Source of the DNA: Octopus vulgaris
Lineage: Eukaryota
Length of the DNA: 64,000 nucleotides
Direction of reading: 5' to 3'
Assembly (NCBI GenBank): GCA_951406725.2
Contig: OX597818.1
Location: 73,904,001-73,968,000, forward strand
Under the pieces are notes generated by a model. The model ran no database searches and had not been told where the DNA came from. It saw only the letters and a program-made list of their open reading frames with translations. Of the stretch, positions 12,569 through 25,850 are shown in pieces. How positions within the stretch are numbered: the stretch's first letter is position 1; each line of letters opens with the position of its first letter. The translations under genes were made by a program, and so were the position numbers.

Positions 12569-15194
12569 TATAAAATATGCATATATAGCTACATAATTAT
12601 GTGTGTGCGCATGTATGTGACTGATGAGTGTGCGCGCGTGTTTCTGCATTTGTGTGTGTTTGTTTGTGTGTGCAAGTGTGTGCTCGTACCTACTACTTAA
12701 GTATATTACAAGTGATTAATTAATTAGTGGGACACACGATCACACACACATGCGCACGCACACATACACATATAGGAGCTTATACACGGTGTGCTCTCTT
12801 TCCATTCTATATGTGCGCAAACATTCTAATACCTGTATTACATACAGATATATGCATACACTATCTGCTACGTATGAATTGATATAACGTTTTTGATTTA
12901 TAATCACAAACATATTTTTTGCTTCCTTAAATATATGGAACAAAATAATATTTGTTTACCTATTTATGTTCAGAAGAGCAATAAATATTATCTCCTTAAT
13001 AGTATATTTATACATCAGTTCATGGAACAGTGCACATTTTCTTATCGTTTTACATATTATAACTTACTCAAATGACAGATAGATATTTACATATATTGCG
13101 TTAGTTATAAATTGAGAACACCTACATATAGCTAAAGATGCATATACATACCGCGATTATGCATATTCTTAAGTCGAACATACGTGTATGAGTGCCTGAA
13201 TATATGAGCTGCATTTGAGAACAAACGTGAAGTATAGAAAAAATCACTGTACTGACTAGTTTGTTTCTTTTTACGAAGATCTAGGCATTTCTGAGTTATA
13301 TTGATCCTTATTCGATTTCACGTTTATAGTACGCCAGTATGCTCACTTCTAGACACATTTATAAAAAAAAATTGTCAGCATCAAATCTAAGTGTTCTATA
13401 CCGAGGAGTATGTATGCGTCATTGGCATCGAAAGCGTTTTGAGACCTAATCCATCTCTGAAGTTATTTTTGAAGATCTGTCTTTTTGATGGACTACTCAG
13501 TTACGAAGAAGCGACCAAACTAACACTTGTTGTAAAGAGGTGGTGGAAGACAAACATAAAGAATAAAGACCCTCATACTCAAACGTCTACATGCATACAT
13601 ACAAACATACATAAATACGTACAATCATTCATGCATGCATGCATTCATACATACATACATACATACATACAGTCATTGGACTACGGCAAACCTGGGCCCT
13701 GCTTTGAGGGTTTTGATCGAAGAAATGAAGCCCTGTAAATATTTCTTTAGTCTTGTACTAGTCCTATTGCATCTTTTTTTCGCTGAACCGCAACGTTATG
13801 GAGACTTTAAAAAAACAACAGTGATTCTCATGTAGTGTAGCGAGGAACGAACATAAACACAGTGGCACACACACACATGTTTAAAGTGCTTCCTCACAAT
13901 TTCCATCTATTAAATTCATTCACAGAGCATTACTCAATCCGAAATACATCAGAAGATACCGACCCAAGGTATCACACAGTAGGCTGAACCCGAATATGTG
14001 TGGTTGCATAGTATCTTAAGCACATACCTATGTCTACGCATGTGAGTTATCTTCAATTTTTTATTATTTGAAGCGTAGCTTGCAGAAAGGTGCTGGGTTC
14101 TAACAAAGATACAAAACTACATCACTGAAATGTAGATAAAAGAAAATTCACAGTTGGAAATTATGAAAAGTTTTGTCAATTTTAATCTATTACGCTTACA
14201 AACTGTATTTGTATTTTTAATGTCCGTATTAGCTAATTGAATCCTTATCCCAAAAAGTCTAGCTGTTCCAGATTGTCACTTATGATTTCACCCACAAAAT
14301 TAAGTGTACCAATCATTTTTGGTATGAGTGATAATTGATCATCTGGGTATAACATCACGATCTTTTGAAGTCGTTGGCTGTAGTTACCTTTTTACTATTT
14401 GCTTTTACAAAAGATATAATCATCAACAAGGTAGCGAAGCCTTCGCTGTCTCTTTTATTCATAAAGTATTTTGTGCAAATGTGTAGTTCTGCGATTGCAA
14501 ATGATTTGCTTATGAATTATAATGTGAGAAAGCGGTCACAAGTCAAAGAAAGGCTGCTCTTCATGTCGATATAACTGTCATTTTCAAATATATGAATATG
14601 TACGTGAGCGACGGTACGTGTGTGTATCCGTCAGAGCAGTGTACAATTTTCGAATAGACTTTGTTTTCAGCGGCTATTTCTTCCCGACATATCTTAGTAC
14701 CACCGGCACTAAATCAACAGAAGCCCATCAAAAAGAACTGTTTTTCTTCTATAGTTTTCCATAAATTCGTACGCACAAATATGGCTTCGCTATTCATACA
14801 TTCTGTCGGTCCAAATTTCTTTAGATATGATGCATGAATTGGAAGTCTTAATTGGTATGGCAACAAAGCTAATTCCTCTGGGTACATGACATTAGAATGA
14901 TGGAAATCTTTCAAATACTAAGTCGTGTTTGCGTCGGAAAAAATTTAATTTGCGCGAATTGAATTCACAGAAATAGCGTCACTGAAAGTACGAAAACATA
15001 TTTGTCTTGCTGAAAGTTCACCGAAACACGTTGCGACCTTAAAGACAATTCATCTTGGTAACACACACACGCAAATACACGCGCACTTGTATGTATTTAT
15101 ATGCAGATATGTATGTGGGGAGAGAGAGAGAAGGAGAGGAAAACAGAGATTGGTACACAGAAAGAAAGAAATATAAATAGAGAGATACGTAGAC

Positions 15195-15312
15195 ATGTAA
15201 ACTGGAGGTGGTGGCGTTGGTGGAGGTGGTAGTGGTTATGGTGGCGGCCGCCATCTTCGGCTTCGTCGAGCTCCTCCTCCTCTTTATCGCTGTGAAATAG
15301 ATCTCCGATGAT
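15195..15312 (-). other. Candidate exon or GC-rich regulatory patch of an unidentified host gene
   Basis: Conspicuous CpG-rich patch not matched elsewhere in the window. On the minus strand TTTTTGTCATAG precedes the frame IIGDLFHSDKEEEELDEAEDGGRHHNHYHLHQRHHLQF. Also contains AAGATGGCGGC (YY1 / start-codon-like) at 15247-15257. Confidence 0.25.
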
Positions 15313-15550
15313 CTATGACAAAAATTCAGTTGTTTGATCACTAAATAAACTGATCGTGCAATCATTAACATTAATACATTACGTTCTGTACAATTAACGT
15401 AATTATAAGACAAAATCAACGTCACAAAGTGCATGACAAGCTTGTACTTTTAAATTACAACTGCAATCTATCCGACACGCTTCCATACAGTTTCTAACTA
15501 CCTATTGCATTCACACTTTATTTTAAAATTTATACATATGTACGTAAGCA

Positions 15551-15596
<46 letters not shown>

Positions 15597-15614
15597 CATA
15601 TATACATATACACT

Positions 15615-15965
15615 CACAAATAAGAAATGCAAACAAAGAATTTTGATTTACAATTCAATTTGATTTAAATATTTTACACAAATAAATAATACATCTCATA
15701 AATTACAGCTGTCTCCGCTTCATTAATAAAACGAAGTTTTTTCAAGAATAATCCAATCGCTTTAAACATGTAATGATGCTTCATCAGATAGACATATCTG
15801 CTTAAATATTTTAGGAAGAATATCAACTGAAAATATTTATAATTGCTAAGGCATTACAAAGACGCTGTATAAGAGTGAGTAGGATATAATCTAAATGAAA
15901 TTAGGTAAATTCATAAACTTATGTCTATAAATATTCCGTTCTATAAGCGACTTCTTTGCACAATG
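15615..15965 (-). mobile_element. PLE-terminal-like repeat with degenerate hammerhead (15701-15790); inverted relative to 23520-23880
   Basis: Minus strand: CUGAUGA A GCAUCAUUA...UAAUGAAGC G GAGAC AGCU GUA. Aligns in reverse to 23520-23880. Confidence 0.65.
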
Positions 15966-16575
15966 CTCACACATTCAATTATGCGTATTTATATATACTT
16001 ATATATATATACATACACCCACTATTTATGTATACATTCATACATAAATACCCCCACACACACGTACGTATACATAGTTGCAAGTACACATACACAACTT
16101 TAGTTATTCCTCTTTCTCTCTCTATATATATATATACATATATATGAGTTATTTTACAATTTACATATACAATTCATACGCACAGTTTATTTATTTATGT
16201 TAAAACATTATCTTATATATTAATTCAAAACCAAATATCATTCATTTGACTATTAGAATGCAGGGGAAATAACTACTTTTCCGTTTATAAAATAAGACGA
16301 AAAGCAAAATCAATTCTATACGGTCTACAAATACTAACAACGAGCCAAAATAACAAGTTAAATAAGATAAATATGCTATATCTACATATATAATCCATTA
16401 TTCATTTACTCACATACATATATTTATCGATTCTTATAAACCAAACTAGAAATGAAACCAACTCTATACGGACATGGAGACATAAAATTGCATACATACA
16501 TCAAAACCAAAATAATACCAACATAAAACAATTTATTGTTTTAGTTTCCATCTAGCCTTCACGCTTACATATATA

Positions 16576-16637
<62 letters not shown>

Positions 16638-16642
16638 TACAT

Positions 16643-16678
<36 letters not shown>

Positions 16679-18011
16679 CTAGCTGAAGGTGACCCGCTCT
16701 ACGCGCGGGTAAGAGTGTGGGTGTTACTTTCTGTTGCTTCCTTTCAGCACGTAAAAAGCACCATCCGAACGTGGCCGATTGCAGCACCGCCTTGACTTGC
16801 TTCTGTGCTGGTGGCACGTAAAAAGCACCAACCGATCGTTGCCACTGCGAGCCCCCTGGCACCAGTGCCGTCGGCACGAAAAAAGCACTCACTACACTCA
16901 CAGTGTGGTTGGCGTTAGGAAGGTCATCCACCTGTAGAAACACTGCCAGATCAGACTGGAGCCTGGTGCAGCCTCCTGGCTTCCGAGACCCGGTCACACT
17001 GCCCAACCCGTATTTGTTTATCTCCGTATTTGTTTCTCTCTCCTTTCTCTCTCACTTTCCCACTCTCTTACTTTTCTTTTCTCTCTGACTCTCCCTCGCT
17101 TTCTCTTACTCTCTATCTTTATCTATCTCTCTCCCATTTATAAACAACAGAAGATCTTGAGTAAGTTGAGAAATAAAATATTTAGAAAGATCAATCAGAA
17201 ATATGAGGCAGTGGCAATGGAAAGGTCTGCTTCAAGGCAGACAGCAAAACGCTAACATTCAAAAGGGACAGACGAACTTGCGAGCTGAATAAAAATAATA
17301 AAATATTAGAAACCAAAGTTTGAAGGGATAGAATCTGAGGATAGTAGAGTCACCATGGCTGGCATTTGTTAACAACGGACAGCAACGTAGTGACAGTTTA
17401 ACGGCTGGCGTAAAATTTTGAACTTGATGTAAAAGAAAATTCGTAAACACCAATTTTTGAAGTGATTCTTTCTCACGACAGTAGACTCACCATGGCAAGC
17501 ATTCAAAACTTCTTTATCATGGACGGCAACACATTGACGATTAAAAGGCTGGCGCAAATTTTTTAGCTTGATGCAACAGAGAATTCCTAAATACACGCTC
17601 TTTGAAATTTTAATCCCCTTCCAGCCCCATTTAGACCCCTTTTCACATTTTGGTTAATATAAGCCGATTTCATTCGGGTCTACTGGGGCCACATTTTATA
17701 AGATGAGGAATTTTGTCCTAGAGGTGACGCCTTTCATTTGAGGAACAAAATAGTTGTCATGCAAACTTGTCAGCACCTTTAACATAGGTGTGCATATTTT
17801 CAGGTGAATCGACCGACTACGTAATGCACACATATATATATGTGTATATATATATATGTGTGTGTGTGCACGCATTATATATACAAATGTATACAAATGA
17901 GATATATATCTGTATAAATTAAATTAGAGATAAAACCACTAATAGGCAAATCAAACAGTGAAAAACCAAAAACAAAGACATAAAAAAAGAAAATATAACA
18001 TAGAAAATATA

Positions 18012-18878
18012 TCTATATATATAAAACTGTAGTTGTGTGAGTGTATGTCCCCTTCGATTTAGATTCCTAACTACTCCCAAATTTTGCGGTGCAGTTTAAC
18101 CAAAATCGGGTATCTTATAGTCGTGATTCATATCGAGCCCGTCTGGGTATTAGCGCGCGTCTACGATGAGTGTACGATTTAAAAAATAATTTAACATCAT
18201 TTTTTATTCCATTTTAATGCATATTTTTTCGTGTGTCGATGGCGGCGGAGTTGGCGTCCACGCTCACGCCTGCACCTGTGTTGCTTCTCCCCCTTCTTCC
18301 CTCCCTCGTGAAGCTGTGGGGAAGGGAGTGTAAGGAAATCAACGTCGTAATGCGTTGTGAAGGAGACCAGCGTTCTTTTAGAACAACGACTTCATGGCTT
18401 GAAGTCGCCAAAACAGAAATCGCTAAAAAAGCTGAAACAGATCCACAAAAACGGCAAAAACCGCTACACAGGGCAGGTTTCCTGTGCAAACAATTTGCAC
18501 AACCGAATGTTTTAGTTGTTGCACAAATCTTTATATATAAAAGTGAGGTTGTGTGTCTGTCTCCTACGATTTAGATTCCTAACTACTCCCACATTTTGCG
18601 GTGCATCTGGGTATTAGCTCGCATCTACGATGAGTCTACGATTTAAAAAAAATTTACCATCATTTTTTATTCCATTTTAATGCATTTTTCGCTATTATAT
18701 AAGGGAAGTAACTCTGTAAAAATGTCTACGATGAGTCAACGATTTAAAAAAGAAATTACTATCATTTTTTATTCCATCTTTAATGCATTTTTTGCTATTT
18801 TTTTTGCTATAACTCAATAAAACTGCTTATATAGTTATTTCCCTTACAAACCCGAGCAACGCCGGGCGATACTGCTAG
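18012..18878 (+). mobile_element. Nested non-autonomous Helitron with two 5' ends (18012, 18528)
   Basis: A|TCTATATATATAAAA start; CCCGAGCAACGCCGGG hairpin then CTAG|T end. Inserted between A and T. Confidence 0.85.
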
Positions 18879-19024
18879 TAAAATATAAAATTGAAAACTT
18901 TAAATTATTTAAATTGAAAATAAAAATTATTAAATTATATTTATAATTTGTTTAAAAATATATATAACTATGAAAAAGTATGAAAAAGTTTAATATACAT
19001 AAATACAGATATATACACTTTGTA

Positions 19025-19305
19025 TATATACATTATATATACATATTTATATATAGAACACACACACACACATACATTATATATACATATTTATATATAG
19101 AACACACACACACACACACATTATATATAAATATTTATATATAGAACACACACACACACACACACATACATTATATATACATATTTATATATAGAACACA
19201 CACACACACACATACATTATATATACATATTTATATATAGAACACACACACACATACATTATATATACATATATATATAGAACACACACACACACACACA
19301 CATAT
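19025..19305. repeat. ~42-48 bp minisatellite CATTATATATACATATTTATATATAGAA(CA)n
   Basis: About 6 tandem units. Duplicated at ~22255-22505. Confidence 0.9.
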
Positions 19306-19774
19306 AAATGAACGCAAGAATATCTGATTCATAATATTTGTTCTCATGCTCGTGTGTTGATTGTTGGTGACAGACATATACTTCAAAGAACGCCGCCGAA
19401 GTGATAGGAAGGTAGGAAACAGAGTCAGTGAAAAAGAAAGGAAATAGCGATAGTGACAGATACTTTAAATAACCGTAGTGGCATTCTAAAAGTTATAAAT
19501 GAAGAGGAGTGACAGAGTACTGGAGGAAATAGGGTGAGGTAGGAAGATGGCCCCTAGAAACCACAGCTTTTAAGATAGGGATTTCTAAGGTAGCCCACGC
19601 GCATCGTCACCTCATTCTACATGTCCCTGTAAATTTTGGAGCGAATCGGACGGGATGTAGTGGCATTGAAAGCGAACCAAGCGGTAAAAACGCATTTCAG
19701 TTTTATATATAGACTAGCTGAAGGTGACCCGCTCTACGCGCGGGTAAGAGTGTGGGTGTTACTTTCTGTTGCTT

Positions 19775-20092
19775 CCTTTCAGCACGTAAAAAGCACCATC
19801 CGAACGTGGCCGATTGCAGCACCGCCTTGACTTGCTTCTGTGCCGGTGGCACGTAAAAAGCACCAACCGATCGTTGCCACTGCGAGCCCCCCCTGGCACC
19901 AGTACCGTCGGCACGAAAAAAGCACTCACTACACTCACAGAGTGGTTGGCGTTAGGAAGGTCATCCACCTGTAGAAACACTGCCAGATCAGAGTGGAGCC
20001 TGGTGCAGACTCCTGGCTTCCGAGACCCCGGTCACACTGCCCAACCCGTGCTAGCACGGAAAACGGACGTTAAACGATGATGATGATGATGA
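19775..20092 (+). mobile_element. Retroposon (SINE or RTE-like) 3' segment with (GAT)n tail, carried inside the Helitron
   Basis: Ends ...GGAAAACGGACGTTAAAC(GAT)5. The counterpart at 16740-17010 lacks the tail. Confidence 0.6.
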
Positions 20093-21089
20093 TTCTCCGT
20101 ATTTGTTTCTCTCTCCTTTCTCTCTCACTTTCCCACTCTCTTACTTTTCTTTTCTCTCGGACTCTCCCTCGCTTTCTCTTACTCTCTATCTTTATCTATC
20201 TCTCTCCCATTTATAAACAACAGAAGATCTTGAGTAAGTTGAGAAATAAAATATTTAGAAAGATCAATCAGAAATATGAGGCAGTGGCAATGGAAAGGTC
20301 TGCTTCAAGGCAGACAGCAAAACACTAACATTTAAAAGGGACAGACGAACTTGCGAGCTGAATAAAAATAATAAAATTTTGGAAACCAAAGTTTGAAGGG
20401 ATAGAATCTGAGGATAGTAAAGTCACCATGGCTGGCATTTGTTAACGACGGACAGCAACGTAGTGACAGTTTAACGGCTGGCGTAAAATTTTGAACTTGA
20501 TGTAAAAGAAAATTCGTAAACACCAAGTTTTGAAGTGATTCTTTCTCACGACAGTAGACTCACGATGGCAAACATTCAAAACTTCTTTATCATGGACGGC
20601 AACACATTGACGATTAAAAGGCTGGCGCAAATTTTTTAGCTTGATGCAGCAGAGAATTCCTAAACACCCACTCCTTGAAATTTTAATCCCCTTCCAGCCC
20701 CATTTAGACCCCTTTTCACATTTTGGTTAATATAAGCCGATTTCATTCGGGTCTACTGGGACCACATTTTATAAGATGAGGAATTTTGTTCTAGAGGTGA
20801 CGCCTTTCATTTGAGGAACAAAATAGTTGTCATGCAAACTTGTCAGCACCTTTATCATAGGTGTGCATATTTTCAGCTGAATCGACCGACTACGTAATGC
20901 ACACATTATATATATATGTATATATATATATTTGTGTGTGTGTGTGCACGCATTATATATACAAATGTATACAAATGAGATATATATCTGTATAAATTAA
21001 ATTAGAGATAAAACCACTAATAGGCAAATCAAACAGTGAAAAACCAAAAACAAAAACATAAAAAAAGAAAATATAACATAGAAAATATA

Positions 21090-22108
21090 TCTATATATAT
21101 AAAACTGTAGTTGTGTGAGTGTATGTCCCCTTCGATTTAGATTCATAACTACTGCCATATTTTGCGGGGCAGTTTAACCAAATTCGGCTATCTTATAGTC
21201 ATGATTCATATCCAGCCCGTCTGGCTATTAGCGCGCGTTTACGATGAGTCTACGATTTAAAAAATAATTTAACATCATTTTTTATTCCATTTTAATGCAT
21301 AATTTTTCGTGTGTTGATGGCGGCGGAGTTGGCGTCCATGGTCACATCTGCACCTGTTTGCTTCTCCCTCGTGAAGCTGTGGGGAAGGGAGTGTAAGGAA
21401 ATCAACGTCGTAAAGCGTTGTGAAGGAGACCAGCGTTCTTTTAGAACAACGACTTCATGGCTTGAAGACACTGAGTCAACGATTTAAAAAAAAAATTACC
21501 ATCACTTTTTATTCCATTTTTAATGCATTTTTTTGCTATAACTCTCTAAAAATGCTTATATAGTTATTTCCCTTACAAACCCGTGCAACGCCGGGCGATA
21601 CTGCTAGTCTTTATATATAAAAGTAAGGTTGTGTGTCTGTCTCCTACGATTTAGATTCCTAACCACTCCCACATTTTGCGGTGCAGTGTAACCAAAACCG
21701 GGTATCTTATAGTCGTGATTCATATCGAGCCCTTCTGGGTATTAGCGCGCGTCTACGATGAGTCAACGATTTAAAAAAAAAATTTACCATCATTTTTAAT
21801 TCCATTTTAATGCATTTTTTACTATTATATAAGGGAAGTAACTCTCTAAAAATGTCTACGATGAGTCAACGATTAAAAAAAAAATTACCATCATTTTTCA
21901 TTCCATTTTAATGCATTTTTCGCTATTATATAAGGGAAGTAACTCTCTAAAAATGTCTAAGATGAGTCAACGATTTAAAAAAAAAATTACTATAATTTTT
22001 TATTCCATCTTTAATGCATTTTTTGCTATTTTTTTGCTATAACTCACTAAAAATGCTTATATAGTTATTTCCCTTACAAACCCGAGCAACGCCGGGCGAT
22101 ACTGCTAG
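21090..22108 (+). mobile_element. Nested Helitron tandem (21090-21607 and 21608-22108)
   Basis: Two TC-TATATATAAAA-type starts and two CCCG..CGGG hairpin + CTAG ends. Exact CTAG|TC junction at 21607/21608. Internal ~103 bp subrepeats. Confidence 0.88.
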
Positions 22109-22895
22109 TAAAATATAAAATTGAAAACTTTAAATTATTTAAATTGAAAATAAAAATTATGAAATTATATTTATAATTTGTTTAAAAATATATATAACTA
22201 TGAAAAAGTATGAAAAAGTTTAATATACATAAATACAGATATATACACTTTGTATATATACATTATATATACATATTTATATATAGAACACACACACACA
22301 CACACACATACATTACATATACATATTTATATATAGAACACACACACACACACACATACATTATATATACATATTTATATATAGAACACACACACACACA
22401 CACATACATTATATATACATATTTATATATAGGACACACACACACACACACAGACATTATATATACATATTTATATATAGAACACACACACACACACACA
22501 CATATATAAATGAACGCAAGAATATCTGATTCATAATATTTGTTCTCATGCTCGTGTGTTTGTTGGTGACAGACATATACTTAAAAGAACGCCGTCGAAG
22601 TGATAGGAAGGTAGGAAACAGAGTCAGTGAAAAAGAAAGGAAATAGCGATAGTGACAGATACTTTAAATAACCGTAGTGGACTTCTGAAAGTTCTGAAGA
22701 GGAGTAAGAGAGGGAAAGGAGGAAATAGGGTGAGTGAGGAAGATGGCCCCTAGCAACCACACCTTTTAAGATAGGGATTTGTAAAGTAGCCCACGCGCAT
22801 CGTCACCTCATTCTACATGTCCCTGTAAATTTTGGAGCGAATCGGACGGGATGTAGTGGCATTGAAAGCGAACCAAGCGGTAAAAACGCATTTCA

Positions 22896-22932
<37 letters not shown>

Positions 22933-23519
22933 CAATAATAAAGCTCTCAGCGAGATGGAAACAGCAGCCGCACGACATCGTGAAGTATATTTGCCACCTA
23001 AATGTGGCTGACCCATATGGGACGATTCTACTCTGGTTTATAGCCCCAGGACGAGATCTCCTCCAGCTGGGTAACGACACGCTGTCTGTATCCGATCAGT
23101 ATTTGCGAAGGGAAATCATCGTTCCTATCTACTTTTATACTCACATCTTTAGTTTGGGGAAATATAAATTAAGTTCTATTTATAATTTTAATTATAAGTA
23201 TAAGAGTTGTTTATTTACAATAGTTAAAAATATCTACTGTGTGGTATCAGCATGACAACCTATTAATTATAACTATAAATTAAAAATCATTTCTATCTGA
23301 TAAATACATATTTGTTTTTATGTAGGCAAGAATTATTTTTCTCATTCCTCAGTTTAAGTAAAGGAAATTCACACAAAGAATGCACTTTTTATTACTTATA
23401 TTGTAACTAGGTGCAGTCACCAAGATATCCCATTCGAGATTAAAATTAAGTTTTTATACTTTAAGTTCCCAAATGAACCTACTAGACCCGTTGAATTCTG
23501 TCTTTTCCTATTCGGAAAT

Positions 23520-23880
23520 GTATATAAATGTGTTGAAAGACGGTTATAGAACACAATATTTATAGATTGAAATATATGAATCTACCTAATTTCAGTTAGA
23601 TTATTTACTTATTTATGATTAAGCTCGCTCTTATAAAGCGTTTTCGTTAAGACTTAGCCGATATTTTCCCTCAAATATTTATGCAGATATGTCTATCTGA
23701 TGAAGCATCATTACATATTTAAACGGATTTGATTATACTTGGAAAACTTCGTTTTATTAATGAAGAGGAAACAGCTGTAATTTATGAGATGTGTCTTTTG
23801 TTTGTATAAAATATATAAATTGAATTGAATTTATAATTGTTCAATTTACTGTTTTGTTTTTCATTTCTTATTTACATTTA
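23520..23880 (+). mobile_element. PLE-terminal-like repeat with hammerhead-like motif (23693-23783)
   Basis: CUGAUGA A GCAUCAUUA [..] UAAUGAAGAG GAAAC AGCU GUA^ AU. Stem I is weak. Confidence 0.65.
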
Positions 23881-24097
23881 TATATTTATAAACTGCATGT
23901 TTATAAATAACATTGTTATTGATATAGGTAATATAAACCAGTAAAATTCTTCGGATATTTAATATCCCTTAGGTGTATTTTACACCTAGCTCCAGCTACA
24001 TTGTTTTATATACATATATATATATATATATATATCTGTGTGTGTGTGTGTGTGTGTGCGTGTGCGTGTGTGTATGTATGCATATGTGTGTGTGTGT

Positions 24098-24148
<51 letters not shown>

Positions 24149-24156
24149 CAGACATA

Positions 24157-24794
24157 TCTATAAATTATTAAGGTAGCTATTCGCATTTTACATCCGAAAC
24201 GCACAAGTGTAGTTGTCACTAAAGTCACTGAGGCTGCTAGTCAGCACAAGCATTGCTAGAAATAGGAGTCAAAACAACTGTTAGTCACGTGAGAGCAGTT
24301 ATCTAACGACTGACAAGGGAGACAAATTCCCTACGGCAATTGATGATCTCAGATTCGATTAATCCTCATCAGGAGAGTTTCACGTCGTCTAAACAAAAAA
24401 AGGGAAAGACAAAGTGAGAGATAGAGAGAGGAAGGGAGAGTAAGTGACGACGTTCATAAAAAATAAAATGTAAAATGTTTTGTTTTTTCTTAAACACGAG
24501 ATATAGTGTTCAAATTCAGGATGTTTTTGAAAGACATTATATTTTATAATCATAGTATATATACTTTCTCACACAACAATATATTCCTTTTAAATCGTTC
24601 ATCTTTCTCCCAGCTCTCTCTCTCTCTCTCTCTCTCACATTCATTTGGATGCGAAAGAGTTTTGTTTTTATTTTACGCTGAGTAAAATAGCATTTTGTTG
24701 AGAGTCGATATTACTTAGTTTGGTTTGAAATAAAGAACTTGATTAGCTTAATAATCGTAACTTCATCCCGGGCAAGGCCGGGTTATAGTGCTAG
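24157..24794 (+). mobile_element. Non-autonomous Helitron (another family)
   Basis: 3' CCCGGGCAAGGCCGGG hairpin, 8 nt, then CTAG|T. Plausible 5' A|TCTATAAATTATTAA at 24157 (less certain). Confidence 0.6.
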
Positions 24795-25064
24795 TATATA
24801 TATATAAAAGCAACTGTACATTAGATTAAAGGTTTACTCAAAATTGATTGACTACAAATATTATATTCTTTAACAAACATCGAACTGTAGTATATTAGAG
24901 TCCATCTTTGATTTTATATAGTCAGAGCCAAATTAAAAATTTTTATGAGTAAGCTGAGTTCTGTTGAATGATAATAAATGGTATGGTAAGCTGTAATGGC
25001 AAAAATTGTTATTGATTAAATTTCATGACGTACCAATGCTTTGAATTTTGTAATGGAGCGGGTG

Positions 25065-25170
25065 CTATTGCTGCTGCAGCTACTACTACAACTACTACTA
25101 CTACTAACATCACCACCACCACCACCACCACCACCACTACTACTACTACTATTACTACTACTACAACTAT
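25065..25170. repeat. Compound trinucleotide microsatellite (CTG/CTA/CCA)
   Basis: Directly visible. Confidence 0.9.
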
Positions 25171-25544
25171 TTTTCATCATCAGGGTGATTAATTTATGCA
25201 TGTGTCAAGGTAATCTAAATTTCTAACATTATGATGGTTAAAGTAATAAATAACACAATATAATAATAAATTAAATAAACTATACAATCTTAAATTAATT
25301 ATTTAAAAGGGGCAAAAAGGCGGATGTAAGGTGAGATGAACTCTATTTCTATTTATTTATTCGAAGTCATGAATAGTTTATATGTACTATTGATTACAGG
25401 GCAATATAGTTTCATGCAAAAGTATTTCAGCAAACAGAAAATTGTACATTCATCTAAATGTTTATGTATTTAATATTTATTTGATTATAAAAAATGAAAG
25501 TATACGATACAATACAGTATTTCTGCGTGCTTTGATAATTTTCA

Positions 25545-25850
25545 GTGAAGATAGGTTCGGGCTAAGCTGCATGGGTACTTCCATCAACGGCGTTCATTTG
25601 TTCACTGCTCGTCATGTTGAGAAGGGCAAAAATGCCAAAGTATCGGCTATTCTCTGATAGATTTGCGATCAGACCTGTGGCAGTGGAAACCTCCGGCGTT
25701 CTTGACCCGCAGACTACAACCACTGCTCGCTAGTATGTGAGTGGAAATAGTCACGTCCAAGTGCAAACTTCGTGAGACAAAGTGGCAGTTCCAGCGGGTC
25801 TCCCACGCCGTCATCTGAGGCATCATATTTTCTAATTTGCCCACCGAGAT
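25545..25850 (+). pseudogene. Decayed RLE endonuclease C-terminus of a CRE-like non-LTR retrotransposon
   Basis: Frameshifted KNAKYRLFSDRFAIRPVAVETSGVL...RETKWQFQRVSHAVI*G matches the K..KY / PxAVETxG / QRxSxAVxRG pattern. Confidence 0.55.

Larger units (their letters stand above)
16679..19713 (-). mobile_element. Composite non-autonomous Helitron, downstream monomer of a head-to-tail dimer
   Basis: Minus-strand 5' TCTATATATAAAA at 19713. 3' hairpin ACCCGC-GCGTAGA-GCGGGT followed by CTAG|T at 16679. Whole length duplicated at 19714-22933. Confidence 0.85.
19714..22933 (-). mobile_element. Composite non-autonomous Helitron, upstream monomer
   Basis: 3' hairpin and CTAG at 19714 joined directly to the TC of the next monomer. 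The 5' terminus merges into an expanded (TA)n at 22901-22931. Confidence 0.85.

Noticed and set aside
14560-15040. Complex non-repetitive sequence with a 66 aa minus-strand ORF
   Set aside because: No recognisable domain or convincing splice pair; cannot be supported as an exon.
21750-22020. Regularly spaced GTCTACGATGAGTCAACGAT repeats resembling a CRISPR array
   Set aside because: The spacers are also repeated. This is a Helitron-internal tandem repeat in eukaryotic DNA.
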